Source: a virus
Strand: one strand, 5' to 3'
DNA length: 64,000 bases
IMG/VR virus record: IMGVR_UViG_2718217647_000001
Under the pieces are notes generated by a model that saw only the letters and a program-made list of their open reading frames with translations, made no database searches and was not told where the DNA came from. The number at the start of each line of letters is the position of its first letter. The stretch's first letter is position 1. Positions 1 through 9,066 of the stretch are shown here, one piece after another. The position numbers were made by a program, and so were the translations under genes.

Positions 1-60
1 ACACCATCAGCTTCTTCATAGGTTGCCCTGCGTTTAAGCCCAAGATACTTCCGGACACTA
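1..60 (-). pseudogene. Continuation of the IS-interrupted putative integrase (runs off the left edge)
   Basis: Removing the IS and one CTA TSD restores an open frame ...KWI-SVRKYLGLKRRATYEEADG. Confidence 0.7.
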
Positions 61-119
61 TATAATGGACTAAGAAAACTAGACAACAAAACAGCCTGAT
101 TTAAAGTGTATAATGAGGT

Positions 120-416
120 ATGCGAAAAACATTTACAGGAGAATTTAAAGCCAAGGTTGTACTGGAAATTCTAAAGGAAGAAAAATCCATATCCCAGCTT
201 GCTGCCGAATATGAAGTACATCCAAATCAGCTGTCTAGTTGGAAGAAAGAAGCAATTGAAGGGCTCCCTCAGATACTTGCAGATGGACGCAGGAAGGATG
301 ACGAAAAAGAAGATCTAAAAAAGCAAGTGCAAGATCTGTATACCCAGCTTGGAGAGGTCACCGCCCAATTCAATTGGCTTAAAAAAAAATCTGGGATCGA
401 CCCTGCCAAGAAGTGA
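120..416 (+). CDS. IS3 transposase OrfA (HTH)
   Basis: FKAKVVLE...ISQLAAEYEVHPNQLSSWKK HTH; A9 run at 391-399. Confidence 0.95.
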   Translation: MRKTFTGEFKAKVVLEILKEEKSISQLAAEYEVHPNQLSSWKKEAIEGLPQILADGRRKDDEKEDLKKQVQDLYTQLGEVTAQFNWLKKKSGIDPAKK

Positions 417-1233
417 ACGGATTGCCCTTGTAGATTTTGACGATCCCGAAATGTCCGTTTTTGTGCAAGCTCAAATGCTTTCTCTCAATCGGAGCAGTCT
501 TTACTATAAACCAGTTCCACCATCAGAAGAGGAAATTCGGCTTAAGCATGCCATTGACGAAATTTATACTAAATCACCCTATTTCGGTTCGAGAAGTATT
601 ACGACGGTCTTAAAACGAGAGGGACACTTGGTTAGTCGGTCAACGGTTCAAAAATATATGCGTGAAATGGGCTTGGTTGCAATACATCCTGGTCCTAACC
701 TCAGCAAAAGAAACCATGAACATAAGGTTTATCCATACCTACTTAGAAATATTACCGCCAGTTATCCAAACCATATTTGGGGAACTGATATTACCTATGT
801 CCGCTTACGACGCGGCTGGCTTTACCTTGTAGCATTTCTGGACTGGTATTCACGTTACGTGGTTTCATGGGAATTAAGTGATAACCTTGAAGTTGATTTT
901 GTTCTTTCCGCATTGGAAGCAGGTCTAAAAATCGGAAAACCTGTAATTGCCAATAGCGATCAGGGTAGCCAATTTACATCCAGACGATATATAGATACGC
1001 TGATAAATAGTAGCATCCAAATTAGCATGGACGGAAGAGGCCGGGCATTAGATAACATTTTCACAGAACGATTATGGAGATCTGTTAAGTACCAAGAAAT
1101 ATATATTAATGATTATGCAAGCCCTAGAGAAGCCAGGTATGGTATTGGAAGATATCTTGAAAGCTACAACACATACCGGCCACACCAAGCATTGAAGGAA
1201 CTTACTCCGGCAGAAGTTTACTTTAAAAAATGA
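349..1233 (+). CDS. IS3 transposase OrfB (rve DDE domain), probably expressed fused to OrfA
   Basis: WGTDITY, NSDQGSQF, DNIFTERLWRSVKYQE motifs. Confidence 0.95.
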   Translation: MERSPPNSIGLKKNLGSTLPRSERIALVDFDDPEMSVFVQAQMLSLNRSSLYYKPVPPSEEEIRLKHAIDEIYTKSPYFGSRSITTVLKREGHLVSRSTVQKYMREMGLVAIHPGPNLSKRNHEHKVYPYLLRNITASYPNHIWGTDITYVRLRRGWLYLVAFLDWYSRYVVSWELSDNLEVDFVLSALEAGLKIGKPVIANSDQGSQFTSRRYIDTLINSSIQISMDGRGRALDNIFTERLWRSVKYQEIYINDYASPREARYGIGRYLESYNTYRPHQALKELTPAEVYFKK

Positions 1234-1539
1234 CTTCTTAAAACCCTGGAAGGGCTCTGCCCCTCCAAACCACCCCGCCCTCGCCGGGAGGCAACCGGTC
1301 TGTTATGAACAGACCGGAAACAAAAGGGTCTTGCTGATCAACATGTCAAGGGCAAGCAGCTTCGCTGTCGGCAAAGCCGACCCTTGACATAATATCTAAT
1401 CCAGTGGAAATAATTAACGGAATTACCAATACGTTTTTAAATAAACTTACAATTATATACAATTATCAAGGAGCGAAAGGTGGTGTGAATACACCTTAAA
1501 CAGGGTCAAAAAATTGTCTTGACAAAGTAGTCCACCATA

Positions 1540-1640
1540 CTAATCCATTTGCGGTCTCTTTCCCCAAATTCATCGATATCATCATAAATAATGTAATAGA
1601 CCGGCTTTTTCTTACTTCCTTTGTTAAAAATAGACGCCAT
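1540..1640 (-). pseudogene. int: 5' fragment of putative phage tyrosine integrase (arm-binding N-terminus), interrupted by IS3
   Basis: SD GAGGTG then MASIFNKGSKKKPVYYIIYDDIDEFGERDRKWI; position at the end of the immunity cluster; catalytic domain not visible in the window. Confidence 0.7.
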
Positions 1641-1663
1641 TTTTCCACCTCACATTTATGTTG

Positions 1664-1677
1664 CGAACATATGTTTG
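1664..1677. promoter_or_regulatory. LexA/DinR (SOS) box upstream of the integrase
   Basis: CGAACATATGTTTG matches the Gram-positive consensus CGAACRNRYGTTYG. Confidence 0.8.
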
Positions 1678-1686
1678 GATAAATTA

Positions 1687-1695
1687 ATTATAACA
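1687..1695 (-). promoter_or_regulatory. Extended -10 promoter element for the integrase
   Basis: Minus strand reads TGTTATAAT (TGn-TATAAT), ending 10 nt upstream of the LexA box. Confidence 0.6.
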
Positions 1696-1745
1696 CTTAT
1701 CTACATTTTGGGAATAATTAAAACGAATTGAGAAGTAAAAAAATT

Positions 1746-1770
1746 TAAGGACCCGCTAGGCAGGTCCTTA
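1746..1770. terminator. Hairpin, probable terminator
   Basis: TAAGGACC-N9-GGTCCTTA inverted repeat downstream of the 1906-3051 gene. Confidence 0.5.
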
Positions 1771-1905
1771 GTAAAATTTCATTTTTATGTTTCATCATTT
1801 TTAAAAACTGATTATGATAGAGAAACATTTGTCATTCCTTTCTCCCATATCATCAAAAATCTGTTTGGGTCCTTCGTAAGCCAAAAGTTAAATGATTTTT
1901 AAATA

Positions 1906-3051
1906 TTAGTCTTCCAATATTTCAAAACTTCGAACAATGTATTTATCGATTTTTTTTATGTCATCAATTGTGGAAAGAATTAACCGAGATTCACCCATAC
2001 CCTTTGGAGCAGCTTCCGAATGCAGCCCATTTGCTAAAATATTGGCCTCATCAAGAGTAAGTCTTGACACTACATATTTAAATGATCCATCAATATTGAA
2101 TCTTAGAAACCATCCATTTATATTTTTTTTATAAACAGCAAAATAAGTGGTAGTGTCTTTATATCCAATTTTAGAAATGTCTTTCTTCGCATTTTGTAAG
2201 ATCGATTTGATATATTCAAATGTTTTAATTTCATCTTCAGATGTAAAGATGTGTTTCTTTTCCATCTCATTATGGGCTGCTTCTTCAACTGATTCCTGTT
2301 CGATTGGTTTCACGGTTTCTGACTCAGTTTTATTAAGATCGTCTTCAACGTTTTTCAAAATCCCTTGACTGATTATTTCAAGCAAAGCAGATTGAATAGC
2401 TTTTTTTACCAGAGGCTTAAATCGTTCAATAACATTGCTGGTTATTCTTGTTTCACTGAAGTCTTTTATCAAAAACCTGATAAATTCATCTGATGGGTTC
2501 TTAAATAATTCTTTTAGCGTATTATTTAGATTGGCCATATAGACTAGTTCTTCAGCATACTTTATCAAGTTTTCATTCTCGAAGACATCTTTTTTAAATC
2601 TGCTTAATGCCTCAATTTCTGAGTCTTTCAGATCAGTTATGTCCAACTCGAAAAAAGGAGCACTATCCATAATATTGTTTTGGTTTAAATCCGTAAAAAA
2701 CTTATATTGGACGCCGTTAGTAAGGATTCCAATCTTTACATTCGGAGTAGAATTGAAATAACGACTTAGCTGGGCATTATGGTTTTCAAGGTTTTCGTTT
2801 ACTGACTTAGATTCAATAAAGAGAATCGGATTTCCATTTTTGAAAATAGCATAATCAACTTTTTCTCCTTTTTTCTTTCCAAAGTCAGCCACATATTCTG
2901 GTTGAACTTCCAATGGATTAAACACATCGTAACCTAAAACCTGGATAAAGGGGATTATCAAGGAGTGTTTGGTGGTCTCCTCATTTGAAATGTGTCTTTT
3001 ACGTTCCCCAATCTGGACGGATAAACGCAACAGATCTTCCTTAAAACTCAT
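1906..3051 (-). CDS. HsdR_N-like PD-(D/E)XK nuclease-domain protein (standalone type I restriction enzyme R N-terminal-like)
   Basis: NEETTKHSLIIPFIQVLGYDVFNP, KVDYAI...FIESK, ILTNGVQYKFFTDL motifs. Confidence 0.8.
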   Translation of the reverse strand: MSFKEDLLRLSVQIGERKRHISNEETTKHSLIIPFIQVLGYDVFNPLEVQPEYVADFGKKKGEKVDYAIFKNGNPILFIESKSVNENLENHNAQLSRYFNSTPNVKIGILTNGVQYKFFTDLNQNNIMDSAPFFELDITDLKDSEIEALSRFKKDVFENENLIKYAEELVYMANLNNTLKELFKNPSDEFIRFLIKDFSETRITSNVIERFKPLVKKAIQSALLEIISQGILKNVEDDLNKTESETVKPIEQESVEEAAHNEMEKKHIFTSEDEIKTFEYIKSILQNAKKDISKIGYKDTTTYFAVYKKNINGWFLRFNIDGSFKYVVSRLTLDEANILANGLHSEAAPKGMGESRLILSTIDDIKKIDKYIVRSFEILED

Positions 3052-3180
3052 AATAAATTCTCCCCCTTTTTGTTGATAATTTTTTCAGGCTATAAACGCC
3101 CATGCTTTGTCCATTTTATAGACTTTAGCAGCTACGTCTTTAACTCAAATAAATCATGGCCCCCGTAGCTTGAGTAGTAT

Positions 3181-4029
3181 CTAAAAAATTATTACCAGTA
3201 GGGTAATAAAGCACATAACAAAAAGTATAGAAAGAAGACAGCCTGTTCTAGCAGCATGTTTTTTGGGGCTAGACCTGGATGAAGTGGCTGCAGTTAAGTC
3301 ATAATTAATTTGATAGGTATTCTCATCCTTGACTACATATTTTTCTCCTTTTCTTTTTTCCTTTTTCTTAACTGCTATAGCAATGTCCTTGCCGTTTTCC
3401 CATTCTGTGACGTATTCCCAAGATTTATTGGTTTTAGGATTGATTGTGTCGGGAAATGCTTTTAATTTCTGCTCAATTTTTTTAGGATTAAGAGCAGGAC
3501 ATAATAGATAGGGCTCAAGATTAGTTGAAACTGCATGAATTAATCGATTTTTATCAACAGCGAAAGAACCGTCGGATTTTATTTCCCCGAAACCATTCAG
3601 GCCATGCCATCCATAAACGTCGATGCCCGTGTGACGACAACCAAAGTCATTGTCATTGCCGTTATAAGCATCATCTCTCCCGCAGCAATATTCATCTGGA
3701 TCAAAAGCCTTCTCTCTTTGCTTATAACAATACATGCTCTGACAAATCTTTTGCGAGGGAATCTGCTGCCCTCCCATGTAGATTGCGGTGCTTTTCCATC
3801 CACTTACCAAATCATATAGTTCAAAAAATGGATTAATGTTTGCTAAAGAGTAATTTGCTGTATGTTTTACGCTCTTTCCTTGACCGGTTTCAGTGTAGGT
3901 TGGATTCTTTTTAATATATTCAACGGCAAGATCATAATTTTGAGAAGTAGACTTTCCAAATTCTAAGGTAATTTCTGGTAATTTTGTTGTTTTAAAATTA
4001 TTTTCTTCAGGTAAAGTGGACTCAGCCAT
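3181..4029 (-). CDS. Hypothetical Cys-containing protein with C-terminal TM anchor
   Basis: ORF track; ATG 4029 behind SD GGAGGAG; hydrophobic C-terminus. Confidence 0.7.
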   Translation of the reverse strand: MAESTLPEENNFKTTKLPEITLEFGKSTSQNYDLAVEYIKKNPTYTETGQGKSVKHTANYSLANINPFFELYDLVSGWKSTAIYMGGQQIPSQKICQSMYCYKQREKAFDPDEYCCGRDDAYNGNDNDFGCRHTGIDVYGWHGLNGFGEIKSDGSFAVDKNRLIHAVSTNLEPYLLCPALNPKKIEQKLKAFPDTINPKTNKSWEYVTEWENGKDIAIAVKKKEKRKGEKYVVKDENTYQINYDLTAATSSRSSPKKHAARTGCLLSILFVMCFITLLVIIF

Positions 4030-4122
4030 TTTATCTCCTCCCTTAAAAGTCAAAACTTGTCTAATTCTGTCGAATTGTTTATATAACATAAAGACCCGCT
4101 TTCCTTGTTAAAGTAGCAGGTC

Positions 4123-4554
4123 TTATTTTTGGAATTTATAAACTACAAGCTCTTTTGGCACTCCAAAGTATTGGGCTATTTGATCACAGCTCATGTCTTT
4201 TATCATATTCTTGTCGATATCATAAATTAAGAATTCTGCGGCGAATTTATTTGCCTCATTTTCCTGTATCCCTTTAGGGAACAAGGTGTACTCCCGGATC
4301 ATATAAGTGCCGCGGTTAGAGTGGAGGATGGCATGTCCCAGTTCATGGGCCAGGACAATCCGTTGTTCAAATTCAGGTAGGTTTTTGTTGACCACAATGA
4401 ATTTGTTGCGAAGGGTATTAATGAAATATCCTTTGGTATGATGGCTGTAAGATTTATATTTAATGGTTACTCCGATTGCTTGAGCGATTTTTGCCGGGTC
4501 CCGGGTCTCGTATTTTTTCACGAGGCGACGAACGCAGAGTGGGATGTTCTGCAT
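4123..4554 (-). CDS. immA: ImmA/IrrE-family Zn metallopeptidase (anti-repressor)
   Basis: LAHELGH HEXXH motif, ENEANKFAAEFL; downstream of the repressor. Confidence 0.9.
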   Translation of the reverse strand: MQNIPLCVRRLVKKYETRDPAKIAQAIGVTIKYKSYSHHTKGYFINTLRNKFIVVNKNLPEFEQRIVLAHELGHAILHSNRGTYMIREYTLFPKGIQENEANKFAAEFLIYDIDKNMIKDMSCDQIAQYFGVPKELVVYKFQK

Positions 4555-4576
4555 ATATGTAACCTCCGAGTTAAGT

Positions 4577-4921
4577 CTATTTACTGGAAGTTCTTTTACG
4601 CTTATTTAAGACTGCAATATGAATATCATGGTTTTCAACCTTCTCTTCAATGGTGTCCAGACGGGTGATCACGCGATCTATCTTTTCATTATTAGCATTC
4701 AGGCCATCAAAGAGGGCGGATATTTGAGTATCAAATTTATTTTCTATCCGAACCTGGCTTTCATTGTTCGCTTTTATATCTACTTCCATATGGTCCATTC
4801 TTTCATCCATCTTAACTATTTTACTTGCGATAACTTCGAGATAATTTAAGACGGATTCTTGAAACTTATCGTTTTGTTCTAGTTTAGATAAAACTAGGTC
4901 TTGAAATTTTTCATTTTCCAT
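4577..4921 (-). CDS. Coiled-coil hypothetical protein between repressor and ImmA
   Basis: ORF track; heptad-rich sequence. Confidence 0.7.
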   Translation of the reverse strand: MENEKFQDLVLSKLEQNDKFQESVLNYLEVIASKIVKMDERMDHMEVDIKANNESQVRIENKFDTQISALFDGLNANNEKIDRVITRLDTIEEKVENHDIHIAVLNKRKRTSSK

Positions 4922-4924
4922 TTT

Positions 4925-5341
4925 TTATTTACCCTCTTTTTTTCTACCATACTTTTTCTTGTTTTTTTCCTTTGACTCCCAAAAAAGTTCTGTTATGTCG
5001 CGGAAAATTTTTTCCTTATCTTCATCTGCAACTTCATCATCCATGAAGAAGGTTTGGGCATGGTTTCTGAAGTTTTCATATTGTTTGATGTCACGTTTGG
5101 TTACAGGGGTAGAAGCGGGGAGATAGCCGGCAGCCGCCAACATTTTTTCATAGGGATAATTATAAGCCTTAGATAAACTCTTAAGAGTATCTGGTGACGG
5201 ATATAATGGTTTCCCTGTTCGCGGGTCGCGCCCTTTTTCTAAATGACTTAAGTAACTATGACTTATTTGTGCACGTTTAGCCACGTCTCTTAAGGATTCA
5301 TCGCCTCTTAATTTAATTAATAATCTTGATAGATCGGACAC
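4925..5341 (-). CDS. XRE-family prophage repressor (ImmR/CI-like)
   Basis: SLRDVAKRAQISHSYLSHLEKG HTH; divergent from the Cro-like gene. Confidence 0.9.
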   Translation of the reverse strand: MSDLSRLLIKLRGDESLRDVAKRAQISHSYLSHLEKGRDPRTGKPLYPSPDTLKSLSKAYNYPYEKMLAAAGYLPASTPVTKRDIKQYENFRNHAQTFFMDDEVADEDKEKIFRDITELFWESKEKNKKKYGRKKEGK

Positions 5342-5430
5342 TTATAACACCTACTAAATAAAAATGTAATACGTCTACCACAAATTGTAAACCATGCAAG
5401 ACTAAAAATAAACAAAAAGTCCCTAAATAT

Positions 5431-5488
5431 TTGTTGCACATACTTGACATTTAGTTGCACATGAAATACAATTCAAATGTAGCACGTG
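5431..5488 (+). promoter_or_regulatory. Rightward lytic promoter with candidate operator repeats
   Basis: TTGACA(5444)-17-TACAAT(5467); repeated GT(T/A)GCAC at about 5433, 5454 and 5479. Confidence 0.75.
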
Positions 5489-5516
5489 GTTTACAGAAAA
5501 GGAGGTGTGCCTTGAT

Positions 5517-5774
5517 ATGAAAAATTTGGTTCGGAAATATCGTAGGGAACTTGAAATGACCCAAGAGGAATTGGCGGGACGGGCCAGCACCAGCAGACAA
5601 ACCATTATAGATATTGAGAAGGGACGTATTAAAAATCCGTCTTATAAGCTGGTTAGTAATATTTCGATAGTCCTTGGGAAGGAAGTGCATGAAATTTTTT
5701 TTGCCGAGGATGTTGCACCTGTAGAACAATTCAAGACTGATTCCAGCACTACCGGCAACCCCAGGATAGCGTAG
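5517..5774 (+). CDS. Cro-like XRE HTH regulator
   Basis: MTQEELAGRASTSRQTIIDIEKG HTH. Confidence 0.88.
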   Translation: MKNLVRKYRRELEMTQEELAGRASTSRQTIIDIEKGRIKNPSYKLVSNISIVLGKEVHEIFFAEDVAPVEQFKTDSSTTGNPRIA

Positions 5775-5789
5775 AAGGAGGTGAGAGAC

Positions 5790-6011
5790 ATGGACCAACT
5801 GGGCGACAAAGTAGCTTATACCATTCACGAAGCAATCGAGGCGACGGGCTTAGGTAAAAATTTCATATATGAGCTTATGAATACCGGTCAATTAGGTTTT
5901 GTTCGCAGGGGGAAAGGGGGGACGAAACGGGTTATTCCCAAGTTTGAGTTGGAGAGATGGCTGAAGGAGAACCTGGAGTTTGCCGAGAGGCCAAGGAGAA
6001 AGACGGGGTAA
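5790..6011 (+). CDS. Excisionase-like HTH_17 protein
   Basis: YTIHEAIEATGLGKNFIYELMNTGQL...IPKFELERWL. Confidence 0.8.
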   Translation: MDQLGDKVAYTIHEAIEATGLGKNFIYELMNTGQLGFVRRGKGGTKRVIPKFELERWLKENLEFAERPRRKTG

Positions 6012-6062
6012 AGAAAAAGGTCCCGGCCCGGGGAGGCAGACCGGGGGAGAGGAGGTGAGAAG

Positions 6063-6356
6063 GTGAAAGTTTATACGGATTACGGCAATTCTTCCGTAAA
6101 AGCATTGGAGAGCTGCGTGATCGTCATTGAAGATGTTAGCGAATGGTCCTTAATGGCACAGCTACTTGAGAAAGAAGCCGAACGCCTGCAAGAAACAATA
6201 GAAAAATATCCTGATGCTGAAGAATTGGTTAAGATGTGCCAAGAAGATCTAGACTTCATTAAGCGCATAATTCCTCAACTTAATCATAGAAATTCTCTTC
6301 CTCTTAAACAATTAGATCTTAATAAGCTGCCACTAGGCTTATGGAGGAAGAAATAG
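6063..6356 (+). CDS. Hypothetical early protein
   Basis: ORF with SD GGAGGTG. Confidence 0.65.
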   Translation: MKVYTDYGNSSVKALESCVIVIEDVSEWSLMAQLLEKEAERLQETIEKYPDAEELVKMCQEDLDFIKRIIPQLNHRNSLPLKQLDLNKLPLGLWRKK

Positions 6357-6389
6357 ACTTGACCCCAGGGGGATAGGCCGAGGGAGGGG

Positions 6390-6818
6390 GTGATATTGAT
6401 GCCAAAGCGGAGTGAAGGTGATTGGGAACAAGCCTATAAAGATTTGAAATATTTTGTAGTTCATAATCTCGAAGGTGAAGCTCTTGCAAAAGTGAGAGAT
6501 GAGATTCAAGTTATCGAGAATCATGAGCCAATTAAGGCAAAGGTCCAGGAGAAAGAAAAGAACTTTGTTATGCGTTGCATTAAGTCTGAAATTAATTTTA
6601 TTTTGGATTCATATGAAAAATGGATAGATAAAACTTCACATGGGTCAGAGATTTTGCGTTCGGAAAAAGAGAGTGTGCTCTCAGGTATTAGTTCAGCTAT
6701 TCATTATGTGGGTTATAAAAATGAATCCAATATTATTAGTGATATTGTAAAAAAATTGATTTATAAGGATTTGCCTGCGGCGAGGGAACTGCTTGAAAAG
6801 CTGATGGACAAAGAATAA
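6390..6818 (+). CDS. Hypothetical early protein (AT-rich)
   Basis: ORF with SD GGAGGGGG. Confidence 0.65.
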   Translation: MILMPKRSEGDWEQAYKDLKYFVVHNLEGEALAKVRDEIQVIENHEPIKAKVQEKEKNFVMRCIKSEINFILDSYEKWIDKTSHGSEILRSEKESVLSGISSAIHYVGYKNESNIISDIVKKLIYKDLPAARELLEKLMDKE

Positions 6819-6973
6819 AAGCATCCCGGAGAGGGAGAAAAAGTCGGTCCCCGGGGAGGTGGGGACCGGGAAGGGGAGGTAAGAGATAGGGCTTCAACAT
6901 ATTTGATACTACTCCATGATCCTGCAAATAAAAACCCGGCAAAAGTTCGCAAGATGTGAAAGGAGGTGAAGGC

Positions 6974-7522
6974 ATGTTCGCACTAGCAGAGGTGATACGT
7001 GACGAAGTAGCCAGATGTGATATGACATTCCGGCAATTGGCCAGCAAAGTATCCGTGGCGCCAAGTACCTTAAGCCAGTACGTTACCGGCGAGAGGCCAA
7101 TCCCACGGGAAACCGAGGCCAGCATCATAGAGAAACTGAATAGCCCGCGGATGTCCGAAGAAAGGTGCTCCCTATGTCGCGGCAATCTTTTCCCAACACG
7201 GTATTTGGACAACATTGATGACCACCCAGTGGTTGCTTTAAACAAGGTGATCGGGGAAGCATCGGAATTTATTAAAACCGCTAATATTGCGCGGGATGCC
7301 CTGATTAACAAGAAACAGGGAGTTTGTTTGGATAAGTCTGTTGAGGATGTTGTCAGGTCCATGGAGGATGAAGCGGCAGATCTCATTACCGGGGCCAAGA
7401 CCGTGCTTATTAAGATGCAGGAGTGGTTCGGCCGGCCGGTTATCGAGACAATGAACAGGCACATTGAAAAGCTGGAGAAAAGCGGATACTGCAGCAAAAG
7501 AATGGTCAATGAAGGGAGGTAA
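6974..7522 (+). CDS. XRE HTH protein with C-terminal helical domain
   Basis: TFRQLASKVSVAPSTLSQYVTGER HTH; SD AGGAGGTG. Confidence 0.75.
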   Translation: MFALAEVIRDEVARCDMTFRQLASKVSVAPSTLSQYVTGERPIPRETEASIIEKLNSPRMSEERCSLCRGNLFPTRYLDNIDDHPVVALNKVIGEASEFIKTANIARDALINKKQGVCLDKSVEDVVRSMEDEAADLITGAKTVLIKMQEWFGRPVIETMNRHIEKLEKSGYCSKRMVNEGR

Positions 7523-7526
7523 ACTG

Positions 7527-7985
7527 ATGTTTATAAACATAACAAAAGAAAAAGACGGCCATGTTGAGCCGCCAGTAAATAAAAATCTCCAATCCCATTA
7601 TAGCAGACCTATATTGGACAAATCAACTAAAATCGGGGACCTGGTTTTGGCCCGGGAGGAATCATACGGATCCTATGTCTGCCAAGTCGAGAAGATCATC
7701 CCCGGGGGATTCATTGAGGTGACGGTGTTGTCCGTTGAAGAGTACCCGAGTCAGCATGCAATTTTCTGGAGAGAAAAAATATCTCCCCGAAAGCCTCACG
7801 GCTTTCGTTCCCAAAAACGTTTCCACAATTATGAACCATATCTTGGGGCTACACCGGATTATCGGCAGTCATTGCTGAAGGCTATTGACACTGCCATGTT
7901 TCTGGCCGGGATCCGAGGTGATCGCGAGGAGCTCGAGGTCCTGCAAAGCCATCGGGATGAATTGATCCCCCGAGCGATAGCTTGA
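7527..7985 (+). CDS. Hypothetical protein
   Basis: ORF track; ATG 7527 behind GGGAGG. Confidence 0.65.
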   Translation: MFINITKEKDGHVEPPVNKNLQSHYSRPILDKSTKIGDLVLAREESYGSYVCQVEKIIPGGFIEVTVLSVEEYPSQHAIFWREKISPRKPHGFRSQKRFHNYEPYLGATPDYRQSLLKAIDTAMFLAGIRGDREELEVLQSHRDELIPRAIA

Positions 7986-8013
7986 ATAAAAAAAATAGTG
8001 AGGTGTAGAAAAA

Positions 8014-9066
8014 ATGACAGAGCCTTTACAGGTTCAAAAAATAGGTGCTGCCGCGGTTGAACTTAATTCCGGAAGCATCCGGGAAATGGAAGCCAGGTTG
8101 GCGGAGATAGAGGCGAAATTGAAACTTTCTCAAGATTTTTTTAAACGGGTCATGGAGAAAGATACCGATTACGGTATTATCCCTGGAACAAAAAAACCTT
8201 CACTTCTTCAGCCTGGGGCGGACAAGCTGAACTCTCTTTATGGGTTTGCGAAAACGATTGTAGATAAAATGGAGAGCAAAGATTATGCTACCGGCCATTA
8301 TGATGTCAGCGTAAAAGTCAGGCTGGTTCATAAAGCTACCGGCATAACCGCTGGAGAAGGTGAGGGCTCAGCCTGCACCAGAGAATCAAAATACCGATAT
8401 CGCTGGGTTTATGAAAAAGATTTACCTAAGAGCCTGGATAAAGATTCCCTAGTTTCTAAAGATATGGAAGGACAGTACGGCCCCTTTAAGCTCTATCGCA
8501 TTGAAAATGAGGATCTTTTTTCCCAGTGGAACACCGTCTTGAAAATGGCCATTAAGCGGGCTTACGTGGGAGCCACTCTGGCATCAACTGGGCTAAGCAG
8601 CATTTTTACTTATGCAGAAAATGAACTGGATGCCTGGATCGATGGGGAGCCCGGAGACGGTCAGGAAGGCCAGGATGGTCAGAAAAAACAGGGACAAGCC
8701 CCAGGCCAGAAAAACCAGCAGCCCCGTGGTCAAAACCAAAACCAAAATCGGTCTGGGCCCGGTTCAAGCAATAACCGGGGCGGCAACGCAAATGTTGCCT
8801 CAGAAAAACAAATAAAAGCCATTTTTGCTATCGGAAAGAGCAAAGGGCTTTCCCAGGAGGATGTAAAGCAATTGGCTCTGGTACAAGTCGGGAAAGAACC
8901 AAACAATGGCATGAGCTCCCAGGAAGCAAGCAACCTTATCGGTTTTATGCAAAGTGCTTCTCCGGAAGAACTTCAGGATTTGCTTCGTGGAGGCGAAGAT
9001 TATTCAGGGTATGACGATGATAATCTTCCTGAAGACCTATTCCCTGACCAGGGAGGAAACTACTAA
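8014..9066 (+). CDS. Putative single-strand annealing/recombination protein
   Basis: PSLLQPGADKL, GEGSACTRESKYRY, NTVLKMAIKRA motifs; G/Q/N linker; acidic tail; directly precedes SbcD/SbcC (family assignment is inference). Confidence 0.55.
   Translation: MTEPLQVQKIGAAAVELNSGSIREMEARLAEIEAKLKLSQDFFKRVMEKDTDYGIIPGTKKPSLLQPGADKLNSLYGFAKTIVDKMESKDYATGHYDVSVKVRLVHKATGITAGEGEGSACTRESKYRYRWVYEKDLPKSLDKDSLVSKDMEGQYGPFKLYRIENEDLFSQWNTVLKMAIKRAYVGATLASTGLSSIFTYAENELDAWIDGEPGDGQEGQDGQKKQGQAPGQKNQQPRGQNQNQNRSGPGSSNNRGGNANVASEKQIKAIFAIGKSKGLSQEDVKQLALVQVGKEPNNGMSSQEASNLIGFMQSASPEELQDLLRGGEDYSGYDDDNLPEDLFPDQGGNY

Larger units (their letters stand above)
61..1539 (+). mobile_element. IS3-family element, copy 1 (1479 bp)
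   Basis: Imperfect terminal IRs TATAATGGACTA / TAGTCCACCATA shared by all three copies; 3-bp TSD CTA at 58-60 and 1540-1542; orfA/orfB. Confidence 0.97.

Noticed and set aside
6010-6900. GC-rich intergenic hairpin-like stretches between early genes
   Set aside because: No shared sequence repeat beyond G/C runs and SD-like purines; treated as ordinary early-operon spacers.
6736-7509. 257-aa minus-strand ORF, and other long antisense ORFs such as 16053-16694 and 45704-46405
   Set aside because: Shadow frames opposite well-supported genes; no SD or motifs.
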